Source: Dehalococcoidia bacterium (GTDB lineage Bacteria; Chloroflexota; Dehalococcoidia; Lucifugimonadales; UBA1127). Taken from it: a DNA stretch of 64,000 bases. Both the position numbers and the translations under genes were made by a program. The stretch's first letter is position 1. The number at the start of each line of letters is the position of its first letter. Positions 37,222 through 46,919 of the stretch are shown here, piece after piece. The stretch lies in contig CBDBGD010000003.1 in NCBI GenBank assembly GCA_965205235.1, positions 4,854 to 68,853 on the forward strand. Direction: 5' to 3'. The notes under the pieces are model-generated. The model was not told where the DNA came from and searched no databases. It was given only the letters and a program-made list of their open reading frames with translations.

Positions 37222-40200
37222 ATGGACATAGTGCGAGCGTTTAGGCCCCAAGCGACGGTCGGATGGGCATGCCTGCTGGCCATCCTCTCGTTGCTGTGGG
37301 CATGCCAGGACGAAGCCGGGCAAGCGTCCACGCCGCATCCGGCCACTCCAACGCCGTCCGCCACCGACGCCGCCCCGATGGCTGCCGCGCCGACGCCAAC
37401 AGCGACCGGCGCCACCGTATCGACCCCCAGCCCCGCTGCTGCGCAGGTCTCCGCGCCAACTCCGACGCCGACTGCCCGAGAGGCGGCTGGCGCAGCCATT
37501 GCCGATCTGATTCCATGGTTCCGGGAAACGCCCAGCAGTTACGGCGAGGAGGCCGCCCGGCTGCTGGTGGACCTATGGCTGCTGGACGATGGCCTTGGCA
37601 AAGCGGTGACGGCACTGCCGTGGATGGTCAGGGCCCCAGTCAGTGAAGCGATGCCCACTGCCCTTGGCGCATTGAGGGACATTGCCTCTACCGAACCGGA
37701 CCTGGCGAGACTCGTAGTCGGCCTCCCCTGGTTCATCGACGGATTGAGTGTCTATGAGCGTGACGCCCTGGGCGCGCTGTGGGAACTCTTGTTGGTCGAC
37801 CTCGACTTTGGGAAAAGTGTGGCAAGTTTCCCCTGGTTCGCGGACGGGGTGACTGCCGGAGACTACTCCACCCTCTATTCTCTTCACGGTATTGCGCTTT
37901 CCGACCTCGAACTCGCCAGAGGCGTGATAGCCCTCCCCTGGGTTGTCGACGGATTGACCGACCATGAGCATGATACCCTAGGCGCGCTGCGAGATGTGTT
38001 GTCGGTCGACCTTGGCCTTGGGAAAAGCGTAGCGAGCCTCTCCTGGTTCACCGACGGCGCGACCGTCGGGGACTACACCACTCTCTATTCCGTGTACGAT
38101 ATCGCGCTTGCCGACCTCGAACTGGCCAGAGGCGTGATAGCCCTCCCCTGGTTCATGGACAGCGTGACGGTCAATGAACGTGGCGCCCTGAGCACGCTAC
38201 GGGAGGTCCTGTTGGTAGACCTCGACCTTGGGAAAAGCGTGGCGAGCCTCCCCTGGTTCACCGACGGCGTGACCGTCAATGAACTCACAGCTCTATACGA
38301 ATTGGCACGTCTTGCCTCCACCGACGTGCCATTGGCTATACGGGTCGCAGGCTTTCCCTGGTTCACGGACGATCTAACCGCCAATGAAAGCGACGCTCTG
38401 TCCACACTGCGCGAGTTGGCGTCGGCCGACCTTGAGACGGCGGGGTGGGTAGTGGGCTTCCCCTGGCTTGCTGACGGCGTAACCGACCACGACCTGCAAT
38501 CTCTGACCGCAGCTCGCAGACTCGTATTCCTGACCGGAGATTTCACCGACTCCGACGGAGACGGGATGACCGACGCAGCGGAAACGAGGTATGGATTCGA
38601 CCCCAATGACGCCTCCAGCTTCCCGAATGAACCGGAGGTGTCTTATCCCGAACGGCACCCGATTAGGGGTGCGGGCATGGACGCATATTATGAAGTGAGC
38701 CTGGACAGGATTGACTTGCGGTGGGCCGACCCGAATGACGGCACGTTCTCCCTCACGCTAAGTACGGCAGACTCCACAGAACGGAACATCTACTATGGCG
38801 GCCACCCGGCTGAATGGGCTCCGGTGGACCTCAGACGATTCAAACTGTCCGGGACGGAGACCCTGGTAGGCAGCTTCAGCAAGTATGGCCTGGACCTGAA
38901 CTCTGTAGAAGAGTATTCCGAGTTCACCATAGACCTGGCCGCAATCCAGTTCCCGGAGCGCTCTGCTATAGGTAGCCCGTCCAACAGGCTGAGTTATACA
39001 TTCTCAAGTAACTTCCCCGCAGAGGCTGAGAACCAGTACCGGGAGTTTCTGAGACGCGTGTTCCCAATCATGCATGGACTCCTCGGCCCTCCGGCGGAGA
39101 CGCTAAACGTCTCCATTGAAGACGCGGGTAGCATCGATGTTTTTGCGGTGTTTGACGGCGGACGGACTCTGCTGACCAACGCAGAGTTTGTACCCAGGCT
39201 CATCGTCCACGAGATGGTCCACGCATGGAAAGGTCGATACAGCATTACAAGCGACGAGAACTGGGAGTACGAGGACTCCCTGACCGGGTTCGAGGAGGGA
39301 ATAGCCGAAGGAATGGCCTTTGAGATCATCCACGAGTACGTACGCAGCTACCCCAGCCACCTCGCCAGCCTTCAACTCCTTTACGATAGGCCCTTCCAAT
39401 ACTGGAGTTCCATGGCCACTAGCTACGACGCCATGAAGAATGTGAGGTGGACGGGAGCGGGAGACTTCTGGACACCGCCCGAGGGAGTGGTGAACCGGTA
39501 CTCCATTGCAGCTACAACCGTCCAGATGATGATCAGAGAGAACCCGGACTTCGCGAGAGCGTTCACGGCCCTATACTACGAGACGATCCGAGAGGACCCG
39601 GACTGGCGGCCCAACCGCGATGACCTGGTCGCTATGTGGGAGGTCCTGGTGCCGGAGCTGAACGGCTACCCTCTCTCGGAGTACCTCGACACTCTGCCGG
39701 TGTTCAACGGAAGAAAGCTGGACGAGGGCATCTACATCCTTGAACACAGACGGGCCTACGGGGACGGAGGAGACCAGCAGTTCGCCGTAGCTTATGCACT
39801 TCCGGACGGCAGGCTATGGTGGGGAGTACACGAGGAAGACCTCCAGTACATTCCCGAATGGGTACGGACGAGTTCCGCAGATGACGGCCGGAGGTACATC
39901 GACACTCAGAACTCCAGCTTCACCGTGGAAGTCTTCGACGCCTACGGAGAGGGGTACGCCGTCTACAACTTTGAGACCGTCTGGGATAGACACCCGGACG
40001 GCGCGCCAGCCGGCCTTGGGTGGTATAGCGCGGATGATCTGCACATGGAGACATTTCCTGTCGGGCTGTACAAGGAGACCGTCACCTTTGGGGACTACAT
40101 CAATCATGATGAAGGCGCCAGAGAGACCTTCTATTTCTTCGGCCTGAAGGGCTTCAGCCAGGACAAGGAGAGGGAATACGTCATCATGATCGGCGTGGAT

Positions 40201-40482
40201 GGCGTGCCTGAAGGCAGCGCAGAAATCGAAGTCCTCGGCAAGGCGCACACGGCCACTATCAGCAACGGCGTAGCCATCTTCAGGTCGGCTGAGTGGCCGT
40301 TCGACATGCAGGGCCGCTTTACCATCACCATCACCAACGCCGGTGGGGAAGCCAGGACCTACTACAGAACGCTCATAGAGGCGGGCACGCTCCACGACTA
40401 TTTCCAGCACCAGTTCATCATCGTCGACACCGACTTCAACGGCACGGAGGACCAGTTCGAGAGTCCCGGCGCAGACCGCTGA
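37222..40482 (+). CDS. large repeat-containing lipoprotein with HExxH metallopeptidase module
   Basis: Signal peptide with lipobox (LLAILSLLWAC), a Pro/Thr/Ala linker and eight ~35-aa LPWFxDG repeats. A calcium-binding-like DSDGDGMTDAAE motif follows, then HEMVHAW...GFEEGIAEG (gluzincin-like). Start moved out of the tRNA to ATG 37222. Lower G+C (70/120 at 38641-38760, 67/120 at 39001-39120). Confidence 0.8.
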   Translation: MDIVRAFRPQATVGWACLLAILSLLWACQDEAGQASTPHPATPTPSATDAAPMAAAPTPTATGATVSTPSPAAAQVSAPTPTPTAREAAGAAIADLIPWFRETPSSYGEEAARLLVDLWLLDDGLGKAVTALPWMVRAPVSEAMPTALGALRDIASTEPDLARLVVGLPWFIDGLSVYERDALGALWELLLVDLDFGKSVASFPWFADGVTAGDYSTLYSLHGIALSDLELARGVIALPWVVDGLTDHEHDTLGALRDVLSVDLGLGKSVASLSWFTDGATVGDYTTLYSVYDIALADLELARGVIALPWFMDSVTVNERGALSTLREVLLVDLDLGKSVASLPWFTDGVTVNELTALYELARLASTDVPLAIRVAGFPWFTDDLTANESDALSTLRELASADLETAGWVVGFPWLADGVTDHDLQSLTAARRLVFLTGDFTDSDGDGMTDAAETRYGFDPNDASSFPNEPEVSYPERHPIRGAGMDAYYEVSLDRIDLRWADPNDGTFSLTLSTADSTERNIYYGGHPAEWAPVDLRRFKLSGTETLVGSFSKYGLDLNSVEEYSEFTIDLAAIQFPERSAIGSPSNRLSYTFSSNFPAEAENQYREFLRRVFPIMHGLLGPPAETLNVSIEDAGSIDVFAVFDGGRTLLTNAEFVPRLIVHEMVHAWKGRYSITSDENWEYEDSLTGFEEGIAEGMAFEIIHEYVRSYPSHLASLQLLYDRPFQYWSSMATSYDAMKNVRWTGAGDFWTPPEGVVNRYSIAATTVQMMIRENPDFARAFTALYYETIREDPDWRPNRDDLVAMWEVLVPELNGYPLSEYLDTLPVFNGRKLDEGIYILEHRRAYGDGGDQQFAVAYALPDGRLWWGVHEEDLQYIPEWVRTSSADDGRRYIDTQNSSFTVEVFDAYGEGYAVYNFETVWDRHPDGAPAGLGWYSADDLHMETFPVGLYKETVTFGDYINHDEGARETFYFFGLKGFSQDKEREYVIMIGVDGVPEGSAEIEVLGKAHTATISNGVAIFRSAEWPFDMQGRFTITITNAGGEARTYYRTLIEAGTLHDYFQHQFIIVDTDFNGTEDQFESPGADR
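37699..38532 (+). repeat. in-frame tandem repeat, 8 units of ~105 nt (two alternating subtypes, 210-nt super-repeat)
   Basis: Units start with GACCT at 37699, 37798, 37903, 38008, 38113, 38218, 38323 and 38428. Odd and even units share long identical stretches (e.g. GACCTCGAACT.GCCAGAGGCGTGATAGCCCTCCCCTGG at 37903 and 38113). Confidence 0.9.
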
Positions 40483-40602
40483 CCTCGGGCCGCCCGCCTG
40501 TACAGGACGCGACGCTCTGATGTATGCTCAGGGCTACGCCGTCGCGGAGAAATACTGCGCTGGCTGAATCCCTTACGAAACACCACACACGAGGAGGACG
40601 AC

Positions 40603-40923
40603 ATGCCAAAGTTTTTGATTCGAGCGGAATACTCCGTGGCAGGCATGCAGGGGCTGCAGAAGGAAGGGGGCACCTCCCGGCGCGAGGCGGTCAAGGCCGC
40701 CGTGGAGTCGGCAGGCGGGACGATGGACACCTTCCTGTATGCGTTCGGCGAGACGGACCTCTACGTCATCGTCGACATGCCGGACCGGGAGTCGATGACG
40801 GCCCTAGCCATCACCATCGGCGCGTCCGGGGCCCTGGCCCCGCAGACCATCCCGCTCCTGACCCCGGAGCAGGTGGACGAGGCGGTGAGTCGCAGCGTCA
40901 ACTACCGGGCGCCCGGCGCCTAG
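40603..40923 (+). CDS. GYD-domain protein
   Basis: 106 aa. MPKFLIRAEYS...AFGETDLYVIVDMPD fits the GYD family pattern. RBS GAGGAGGA. Confidence 0.8.
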   Translation: MPKFLIRAEYSVAGMQGLQKEGGTSRREAVKAAVESAGGTMDTFLYAFGETDLYVIVDMPDRESMTALAITIGASGALAPQTIPLLTPEQVDEAVSRSVNYRAPGA

Positions 40924-40978
40924 ACGCCGGAGCTTCGTCCAGTCGCTTTGAATCTGCCGGCGTGCCGGTGCCGCTAGC

Positions 40979-41437
40979 ATGACACAGCGCGCTCTGCAGG
41001 GGGTTCTGGCGATCGTCGTTGGGGTGATCGTCGGGAACTTCGTGCTGCTGGCGGTCGGCGCCGTGTCCAACGCCGTCTATCCCACGCCGCCGGAACTCAT
41101 GGACCCTCAGACCCCGGAGGAGACGGCGGAGCGCGTCGATGCGGCGCGGACCGAAGGGCTGGCGCTGGTGGTGCTCGGCGCCGCAGTGGGCGGTCTGGCG
41201 GCTGGCGCTTCCGCCGGCTACGCCGCCCGGAGGCAGGCGCTCCTCGTCGCCGTCGCACTCGGGGCGCTGCTGGCCCTCGCCTGGGGCGTCTACTCCTTCT
41301 ACGTCTTCTACCCTGCCAGGCTCTGGTTCCCCGCGGGCCTCTTCGCCGGCTTTCTCCTCTTCACGCCCGTCGGCGGCCTCATCGCGGCCCGGTGGCCGTC
41401 GCGTCCGTACCGTCGCCCGGCGCCCCGGCTCGGCTGA
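40979..41437 (+). CDS. hypothetical membrane protein
   Basis: 152 aa with four hydrophobic segments. No recognised family. Confidence 0.6.
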   Translation: MTQRALQGVLAIVVGVIVGNFVLLAVGAVSNAVYPTPPELMDPQTPEETAERVDAARTEGLALVVLGAAVGGLAAGASAGYAARRQALLVAVALGALLALAWGVYSFYVFYPARLWFPAGLFAGFLLFTPVGGLIAARWPSRPYRRPAPRLG

Positions 41438-41439
41438 CC

Positions 41440-42180
41440 GTGGCCGACGGGCGCAACCGCCTCTACGGCGACCTGGCCTTCCTGTGGCCGCTGATGAGCC
41501 CTCCCGACGAGTACCGGGACGAGGCCCGCTACTGGCGGCGAGCCCTCCGACAGCGTCTGGGGCCGGGCAGGCTGCGCATCCTGGACCTAGGCGCCGGCGG
41601 CGGCCACAATCTCCACCACCTGGCCCGCGAATTCGATGCGACGGCGGTGGACCTGTCGGAGGAGATGCTGGCCCACTCGCGGCGCCTGAACCCCGGCGTG
41701 GCCCACCACGTGGGCGACATGCGCACGGTGCGACTGGGCGAGTCCTTCGACGCCGTCCTTGTGCACGACGCCATTGCCTACATGACGACGGAGGCCGACC
41801 TGAGCGCGGTCTTCGCAACGGCCCGGGCCCACCTGCGGCCCGGCGGGCTGCTCATCGTGGCGCCGGACTACTACGCCGAGACCTTCGTCGCGCCCTACGT
41901 CGACCACGTGACGCACCGGGACGCCGAGACGGAGCTCACCTACGTCGAGTACTCGACGGACCCGGACCCGACGGATACCGCCATCGAGACGGTCTTCGTC
42001 TTCTTCATCAAGCGCGGCGGCCAGCTGCAAGTGGAGGTGGACCGGCACACGACGGGCCTGTTCCCGGTGGCGACGTGGGAGCGGCTGCTGGGCGAAGCAG
42101 GGTTCGACGTGGAGCGGGACGACTACCCCGTGGACCCGGAGGGCCGCCCGCTGTACCTGTGGGTGGGAAGGCTGCGCTGA
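41440..42180 (+). CDS. class I SAM-dependent methyltransferase
   Basis: Motif I ILDLGAGGGHN, then an acidic residue in AVDLSEEML. GTG 41440 immediately follows the upstream stop; the track ORF begins at 41392, so the start is uncertain. Confidence 0.8.
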   Translation: MADGRNRLYGDLAFLWPLMSPPDEYRDEARYWRRALRQRLGPGRLRILDLGAGGGHNLHHLAREFDATAVDLSEEMLAHSRRLNPGVAHHVGDMRTVRLGESFDAVLVHDAIAYMTTEADLSAVFATARAHLRPGGLLIVAPDYYAETFVAPYVDHVTHRDAETELTYVEYSTDPDPTDTAIETVFVFFIKRGGQLQVEVDRHTTGLFPVATWERLLGEAGFDVERDDYPVDPEGRPLYLWVGRLR

Positions 42181-42193
42181 CGGGGGCGAAAGC

Positions 42194-43060
42194 CTACGTC
42201 TGCACCACGAGCACGCGGTCACGGCCCGCTAGGTCGGTTAGCACGCGGACGGACGCCGCGGGGAATGCAGTGCGGCCGGCCTCGGCCATCGTCGAGCCCT
42301 GCTCCTCGTCGATCTCCAGCATGAGCGCGCCGGCTGGCCGCAGGTATGCCCCCGCCTGGCGGAGCAGCGGTCGGAGCAGGTCCGTGCCGTCAGGCCCGCC
42401 GTCCAGGGCCTCACGGGGCTCGTGGTCGCGCACCTCCGGCTGCAAGCTGTCGATGCGTCCGCTGGGGACATACGGCAGGTTGGCGACGATCAGGTCGACG
42501 TGGCCCGGCAGGGGCTGCAGCAGGTAGCCGGACAACAGGCGCACGCGCCCGGCGACGCCGTGTCGCCGGACGTTCTCCTCGGCCACGGCAAGGGCCGCGG
42601 CGGAGAGGTCCGTGGCCACGAACCGCGCGTCGGGGAGGCCGACCGCCAGGCTGACGACGATGCACCCGCTCCCCGTCCCGACGTCCGCGATGGAGTAGGC
42701 GGCGGGACGCGCTCCGACCCAGGCCAGCGCCTCCTCGACGAGCGTCTCCGTCTCCGGACGGGGGACCATGACGGCAGGGGTGACCCGGAAGTCGAGGCCG
42801 TGGAACTCCCTTCGCCCTAGGACGTAGGCCAGGGGCTCCCGTCGCATGCGGCGGGCCAGCAGGCCCTCCAGCGCAGCCGCCTGCGCAAGGGCCAGGGGCG
42901 TGTCCGGGCGGGCTAGGAGGTCGGCGCGGTCCAAGCCCAGCACGTGGCGCACCAGGACGTCGGCCTCCAACGCAGCCTCCTCCACGCCCGACTCCTGCAG
43001 TCGCAGGCGGACGCGGGCCAGGGCAGAGCGGGCGTCGGCGGGGTGTGCGGTCACAGCCAT
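42194..43060 (-). CDS. prmC: release factor glutamine N5-methyltransferase
   Basis: DVGTGSGCI SAM motif and NLPYV (NPPY-type) catalytic motif. Immediately downstream of prfA. Confidence 0.88.
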   Translation of the reverse strand: MAVTAHPADARSALARVRLRLQESGVEEAALEADVLVRHVLGLDRADLLARPDTPLALAQAAALEGLLARRMRREPLAYVLGRREFHGLDFRVTPAVMVPRPETETLVEEALAWVGARPAAYSIADVGTGSGCIVVSLAVGLPDARFVATDLSAAALAVAEENVRRHGVAGRVRLLSGYLLQPLPGHVDLIVANLPYVPSGRIDSLQPEVRDHEPREALDGGPDGTDLLRPLLRQAGAYLRPAGALMLEIDEEQGSTMAEAGRTAFPAASVRVLTDLAGRDRVLVVQT

Positions 43061-43086
43061 GGTCGCGGCGCGTCGGGCGAGGGAGG

Positions 43087-44181
43087 TCAGCCCGCGGCCA
43101 CGGCCTCCTCCAGCCTGCGGGCCTGCTCCGCCGCGGCCAGGGCCTCCACGAGGCCGTCCAGGTCGCCCTCGAGGACCTCGGGCAGGTTGTGGGCGGTGAA
43201 GCCGATGCGGTGGTCCGTGACCCGGCTCTGGGGGAAGTTGTAGGTGCGGACCTTCTCGGACCGGTCGCCGGTGCCCACCTGCGCCCGACGCTGCGCGGCG
43301 ATGCTCGCCTCCTGCTGGCGCCGCTGCAGGTCGTAGAGGCGGGCTCGCAGAACCGTCATGGCCTTGAGCCGGTTCTGTCCCTGGGAGCGCTCGTCCTGGC
43401 AGATGACAATGAGGCCCGTGGGCAGGTGGGTGATGCGGACCGCCGTCTCCACCTTCTGGACGTTCTGGCCGCCGTGGCCGCCGGCGCGGAAGGTGTCGAT
43501 GCGCAGCTCCTCGGGGTTGATGTCGACCTCCACCTCTTCCGCCTCGGGGAGCACGGCCACAGTGGCGGTGGAGGTGTGGATGCGGCCGCTGGCCTCCGTG
43601 ACGGGGACCCGCTGGACCCGATGCACGCCGCTCTCGAACTTCAACTGGCTGTAGGCTCCCTTGCCCTGGACCTCCAGCACCAGCTCCTTGACCCCGCCCA
43701 GGCCTGTCTCGCTGGTGTTCAGGACGCGGGGGGTCCAGCGGCGGCGCTGGGCGTAGCGGGTGTACAGGCGTCCCAGCTCGGCGGCGAAGAGCGCGGCCTC
43801 CTCCCCGCCGGCGCCGGCGCGCACCTCGATGATGACGTCGCGCGCGTCGTTGGGGTCCTGGGGCAGGAGGGCGACCTTGAGCTCCCGCTCCACCTCCTCT
43901 TTCTCACTCTCCAGCCGCTCCAGCTCCTCGCGGGCCAGGGCCCGCAGCTCGTCGTCCTCCTCCCGGAGCATCGCCTGGGAATCCTCGCGCTGCTCGAGGA
44001 TCGAGCGGTAGCGCTGTGCGAAGCCGACGAGCTCCTGCAGAGCCGCACGCTCTCGGGCCAACGCATTGAGGCGGGCGTAGTCGGCTGCCTCTTCGGGCTG
44101 GGCCATCCGGTCGCCCAAATCGTGGTAGCGTTTCTCCGCCGCGGCTAGGCGCCCCATGAAGAGCTCTTCCGTCTGTCCCAT
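43087..44181 (-). CDS. prfA: peptide chain release factor 1
   Basis: PEAEEVE (PxT-region context) and the GGQ motif in [28 protein letters not shown] 44181 is preceded by GGGGAGG. Confidence 0.93.
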   Translation of the reverse strand: MGQTEELFMGRLAAAEKRYHDLGDRMAQPEEAADYARLNALARERAALQELVGFAQRYRSILEQREDSQAMLREEDDELRALAREELERLESEKEEVERELKVALLPQDPNDARDVIIEVRAGAGGEEAALFAAELGRLYTRYAQRRRWTPRVLNTSETGLGGVKELVLEVQGKGAYSQLKFESGVHRVQRVPVTEASGRIHTSTATVAVLPEAEEVEVDINPEELRIDTFRAGGHGGQNVQKVETAVRITHLPTGLIVICQDERSQGQNRLKAMTVLRARLYDLQRRQQEASIAAQRRAQVGTGDRSEKVRTYNFPQSRVTDHRIGFTAHNLPEVLEGDLDGLVEALAAAEQARRLEEAVAAG

Positions 44182-44342
44182 GACGCCTCCCCGCCCCATT
44201 ATATCCGAGGCGGCAGGAGTTGGCGCGACCGGCCAGTCGGCCTCCGAATGCGGGGTTCTGGCCCCGACGCGTCCTTGTCACGGGAAAAAAGTTTGTGATA
44301 ACATTCGCAAGTTGTGTGAGACAGGCTTGGGAGGAGGAGTCC

Positions 44343-44555
44343 GTGGAAATCAATACGCTACCCCGATGTCTACGATGCAGCGATGGTGAATTGGTCCCCC
44401 TCTCCGACTTTGGCAGCCAGGGGGCGCCCATTCACTACAAAGCATGGGTATGCACCAACCCTGACTGTGGGTTCAACATCAAGATCCGCAACGGCGACGT
44501 CTACCTGAACGAGCCTGTGAGCGACGGCGCGATGCACGCGCCTCGCCTGCGCTAG
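44343..44555 (+). CDS. small zinc-ribbon protein (70 aa)
   Basis: CLRC...CTNPDC four-Cys pattern. GTG 44343 is preceded by GGGAGGAGGAG. Locally lower G+C. The upstream part of track ORF 44220-44555 has no RBS. Confidence 0.5.
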   Translation: MEINTLPRCLRCSDGELVPLSDFGSQGAPIHYKAWVCTNPDCGFNIKIRNGDVYLNEPVSDGAMHAPRLR

Positions 44556-44626
44556 GCCTTCGTCGCACCGCACGGTCCGCCCCCTGTCTCCTGCTGGACG
44601 GTCTCCGTCCGCTTGTGGCATGATGG

Positions 44627-45583
44627 GTGGGCATGCCGGGTAGGGAGGAGCTCGTGGGGCGGCGACGCTGGCGGTGGATGGGACTAGCCCTGGCCTTGCT
44701 GGGGCTGCTGCTCCTGGGGGCCGAGGGCGCATACCTGGCCGCCGTCGAGTTCAGCCGGGGACAGGTGGGAGACGTGGTCGTCACCGCGCCCCTGGGCCTG
44801 CCGCAGTCCCAAGGCCTCGCGGCCCCGCAGCCGGCAAGCACCTCGGCAGCGCCGCCTCCCAGCGCCCCGCAGGAGGCAGCCGCTCTCGGGCCTCTGCAGT
44901 TGCGCATCCCGCAGCGCCCCGCGTCCGCCACGAGCCCACAGGCGTCGAGTGCGCAGGATGCACCCGCCTCGACAGCCGCAGACGCTTCGACCTCCCCTCG
45001 ATCCGGTTACACGTCTCTCGCGGGCCTCGCTGACTATTCGGACGTATGGGACGAGGCGACGGGGGAGTTGCCCATCGACCATACGGCCATCGCCAAGGAG
45101 TTCCGCAGCGTGGACTGGTCCGCTCTGCTGGAGCATACGGCCCCGCCGACACGACTACGCATCCCCGCCCTGGGGCTGGACGCCCGCGTGCAGGGGCTCC
45201 GCATCCTGGACCTGGGCGATGCCCGCGCGTATGAGACGCCGGACAGGGTGGTAGGACACATCCCAGGGAGCGGCGCTCCGGGCGCTCGCGGCAACATCTG
45301 GCTGTTCGGCCACCTGGAGAGCCCCGTCCGCGGAGAGGGCTCAATCTTCCGAGACCTGCCCAAGGTCTACGATCTGCTCCAGCAGGGCCAAGCCGTCTAC
45401 GTGATTGCGGACAGCATCGATGGCAGCTTCCTGTACCAGGTACGGGAGTTCCGAAGGATCCCCCAAGAGGAGATGTCCCTCCAGCAGTCCGATGAGCCCC
45501 TGCTGACCATGGTGACCTGCTGGCCCCGTCTCAAGTACGATGAGCGCATCCTGGTGACTGCGGAGCTCGTGGGCGTCCGATAG
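44627..45583 (+). CDS. sortase-family transpeptidase
   Basis: N-terminal TM anchor and a long Pro/Ala/Ser linker. Catalytic His (NIWLFGH), Cys (LLTMVTCWP, TLxTC-like) and Arg (DERILVTAE). Confidence 0.8.
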   Translation: MGMPGREELVGRRRWRWMGLALALLGLLLLGAEGAYLAAVEFSRGQVGDVVVTAPLGLPQSQGLAAPQPASTSAAPPPSAPQEAAALGPLQLRIPQRPASATSPQASSAQDAPASTAADASTSPRSGYTSLAGLADYSDVWDEATGELPIDHTAIAKEFRSVDWSALLEHTAPPTRLRIPALGLDARVQGLRILDLGDARAYETPDRVVGHIPGSGAPGARGNIWLFGHLESPVRGEGSIFRDLPKVYDLLQQGQAVYVIADSIDGSFLYQVREFRRIPQEEMSLQQSDEPLLTMVTCWPRLKYDERILVTAELVGVR

Positions 45584-45617
45584 CAGCGCAAGCACAGGCA
45601 TTCGAAGGAGGAAGCTG

Positions 45618-46829
45618 ATGGACTACACATTCGTCTCGGCAGACTGCCACATGGACCTGAGCTGGTTGCCCGGGGACTTGTTCACGTCGAACGCCCCGGC
45701 CCACCTGGTCGACCGGGTGCCCCGCGTGGTGGAGTCCCCCACCAAGGAGAGCAAGTACGGCCTCTACCACGGCGTCTGGGTGGCCGACGGCAACGAGTTG
45801 GGCGTCTACGGCGGCATGGGCTTCGGCTTCACCCCGCCGGAACGCGGCGTCAGCGCCCGCACGGACCGCATGTGGGACGCCGGCTACTACGACGGCGATC
45901 CCCACGTCATCGACCCCGAGCAGCGTTCCCGCGACCTGGACCTGGACGGCGTCCAGGCTGAACTCATCTACGGCATGACCGGCGCGGGGATGAAGATCAA
46001 GGACCCCGAGGTCCTGACGGCAACCTATCGCATCTACAACGACTACATCGCCGACTTCTGCTCCCACAAGCCGGGCCGCTTCTACGCCCTGGCGTGCATC
46101 CCCGTCCACGAGCCCAAGGCGGCGGCCGAGGAGCTTCGTCGTGCGGCGACGCTTGGGCCGCTGCGGGGTTGCGACCTCATCGCCAGCGAGGTCTCCCACC
46201 CCATCTACACCCGGGACGGCTACTGGGACCCGCTATGGGAAGCGGTGGCCGAGACCCGCATGCCCATCTCCTTCCATCTGGGCGGCGCTCGCATCCCCGT
46301 GCCGCCGCCACCCGACGGAGGCACGGACCTGGGCAGCCTGGAACAGGGCCGGCCACCCAGCCAGAACGAACTTGCCTACCAGGGGACGTGGCTCCCGCTG
46401 GGGCAGCTGTCCGGCTCGCAGTGGCTGGCGGGTATCCTCATGAGCGGCGCATGCCAGACCTTCCCCGACTTCCGCTTCGTGCTGGGCGAGATGGGCGGCG
46501 CGTGGATCCCCTTCGTCCTGGGGCGCATCGACCACATCTACCACGAGCGGAAGCTGGGCGAGAAGTTCGACCCGCCGTTGGAGATGCTGCCCAGCGAGTT
46601 CTGGTTCCGCCAGGGCGCGACCACCTTCCAGGAGGAGCCCGCAGTTGGGCAGACGGCCCACCTCATCGGCGTGGACAACCTGATGTGGGGATCCGACTAC
46701 CCTCACCCGGACGGCGTCTGGCCCGACTCCAGGACGGTGGTCCAGGAGACCCTGGGCGGCCTCGCCGCGTCGGACTTCCGCAAGATCACCTGCGACAACG
46801 CGGTGATGCTCTACCGCATGGGAGAGTAG
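45618..46829 (+). CDS. amidohydrolase-2 (ACMSD-like) family metal-dependent hydrolase
   Basis: VSADCHMD start (HxH-like), FHLGG, and WGSDYPHPDG near the C-terminus, typical of amidohydrolase_2. Confidence 0.8.
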   Translation: MDYTFVSADCHMDLSWLPGDLFTSNAPAHLVDRVPRVVESPTKESKYGLYHGVWVADGNELGVYGGMGFGFTPPERGVSARTDRMWDAGYYDGDPHVIDPEQRSRDLDLDGVQAELIYGMTGAGMKIKDPEVLTATYRIYNDYIADFCSHKPGRFYALACIPVHEPKAAAEELRRAATLGPLRGCDLIASEVSHPIYTRDGYWDPLWEAVAETRMPISFHLGGARIPVPPPPDGGTDLGSLEQGRPPSQNELAYQGTWLPLGQLSGSQWLAGILMSGACQTFPDFRFVLGEMGGAWIPFVLGRIDHIYHERKLGEKFDPPLEMLPSEFWFRQGATTFQEEPAVGQTAHLIGVDNLMWGSDYPHPDGVWPDSRTVVQETLGGLAASDFRKITCDNAVMLYRMGE

Positions 46830-46919
46830 CCCCTACGGACGAGTGGCATAGCTGGCCCAGCGGCGTGGATACCGCTGGGCCAGCGCGCGCTCGGGGCCGG
46901 GGCCGGAGTCCAGCCTTCG

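Noticed and set aside
37699-38532. Regularly spaced repeats that might suggest a CRISPR array (also 58780-59565)
   Set aside because: The units abut with no unique spacers, their period is a multiple of 3, and they lie in frame within long ORFs with coherent protein repeats. No cas genes are present.
40483-41440. Direct repeat of the tRNA-Val 3' end (att site) bounding an island
   Set aside because: Scanning by eye found no partial copy of TCCTCCACCGCCCA downstream, and no integrase is present. Island boundaries therefore remain undefined. A computational scan is still needed.
43087-44199. Programmed frameshift in a release factor gene
   Set aside because: The gene is RF1-type, is followed by prmC and is uninterrupted. 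The +1 frameshift is a feature of prfB, which is not in this window.
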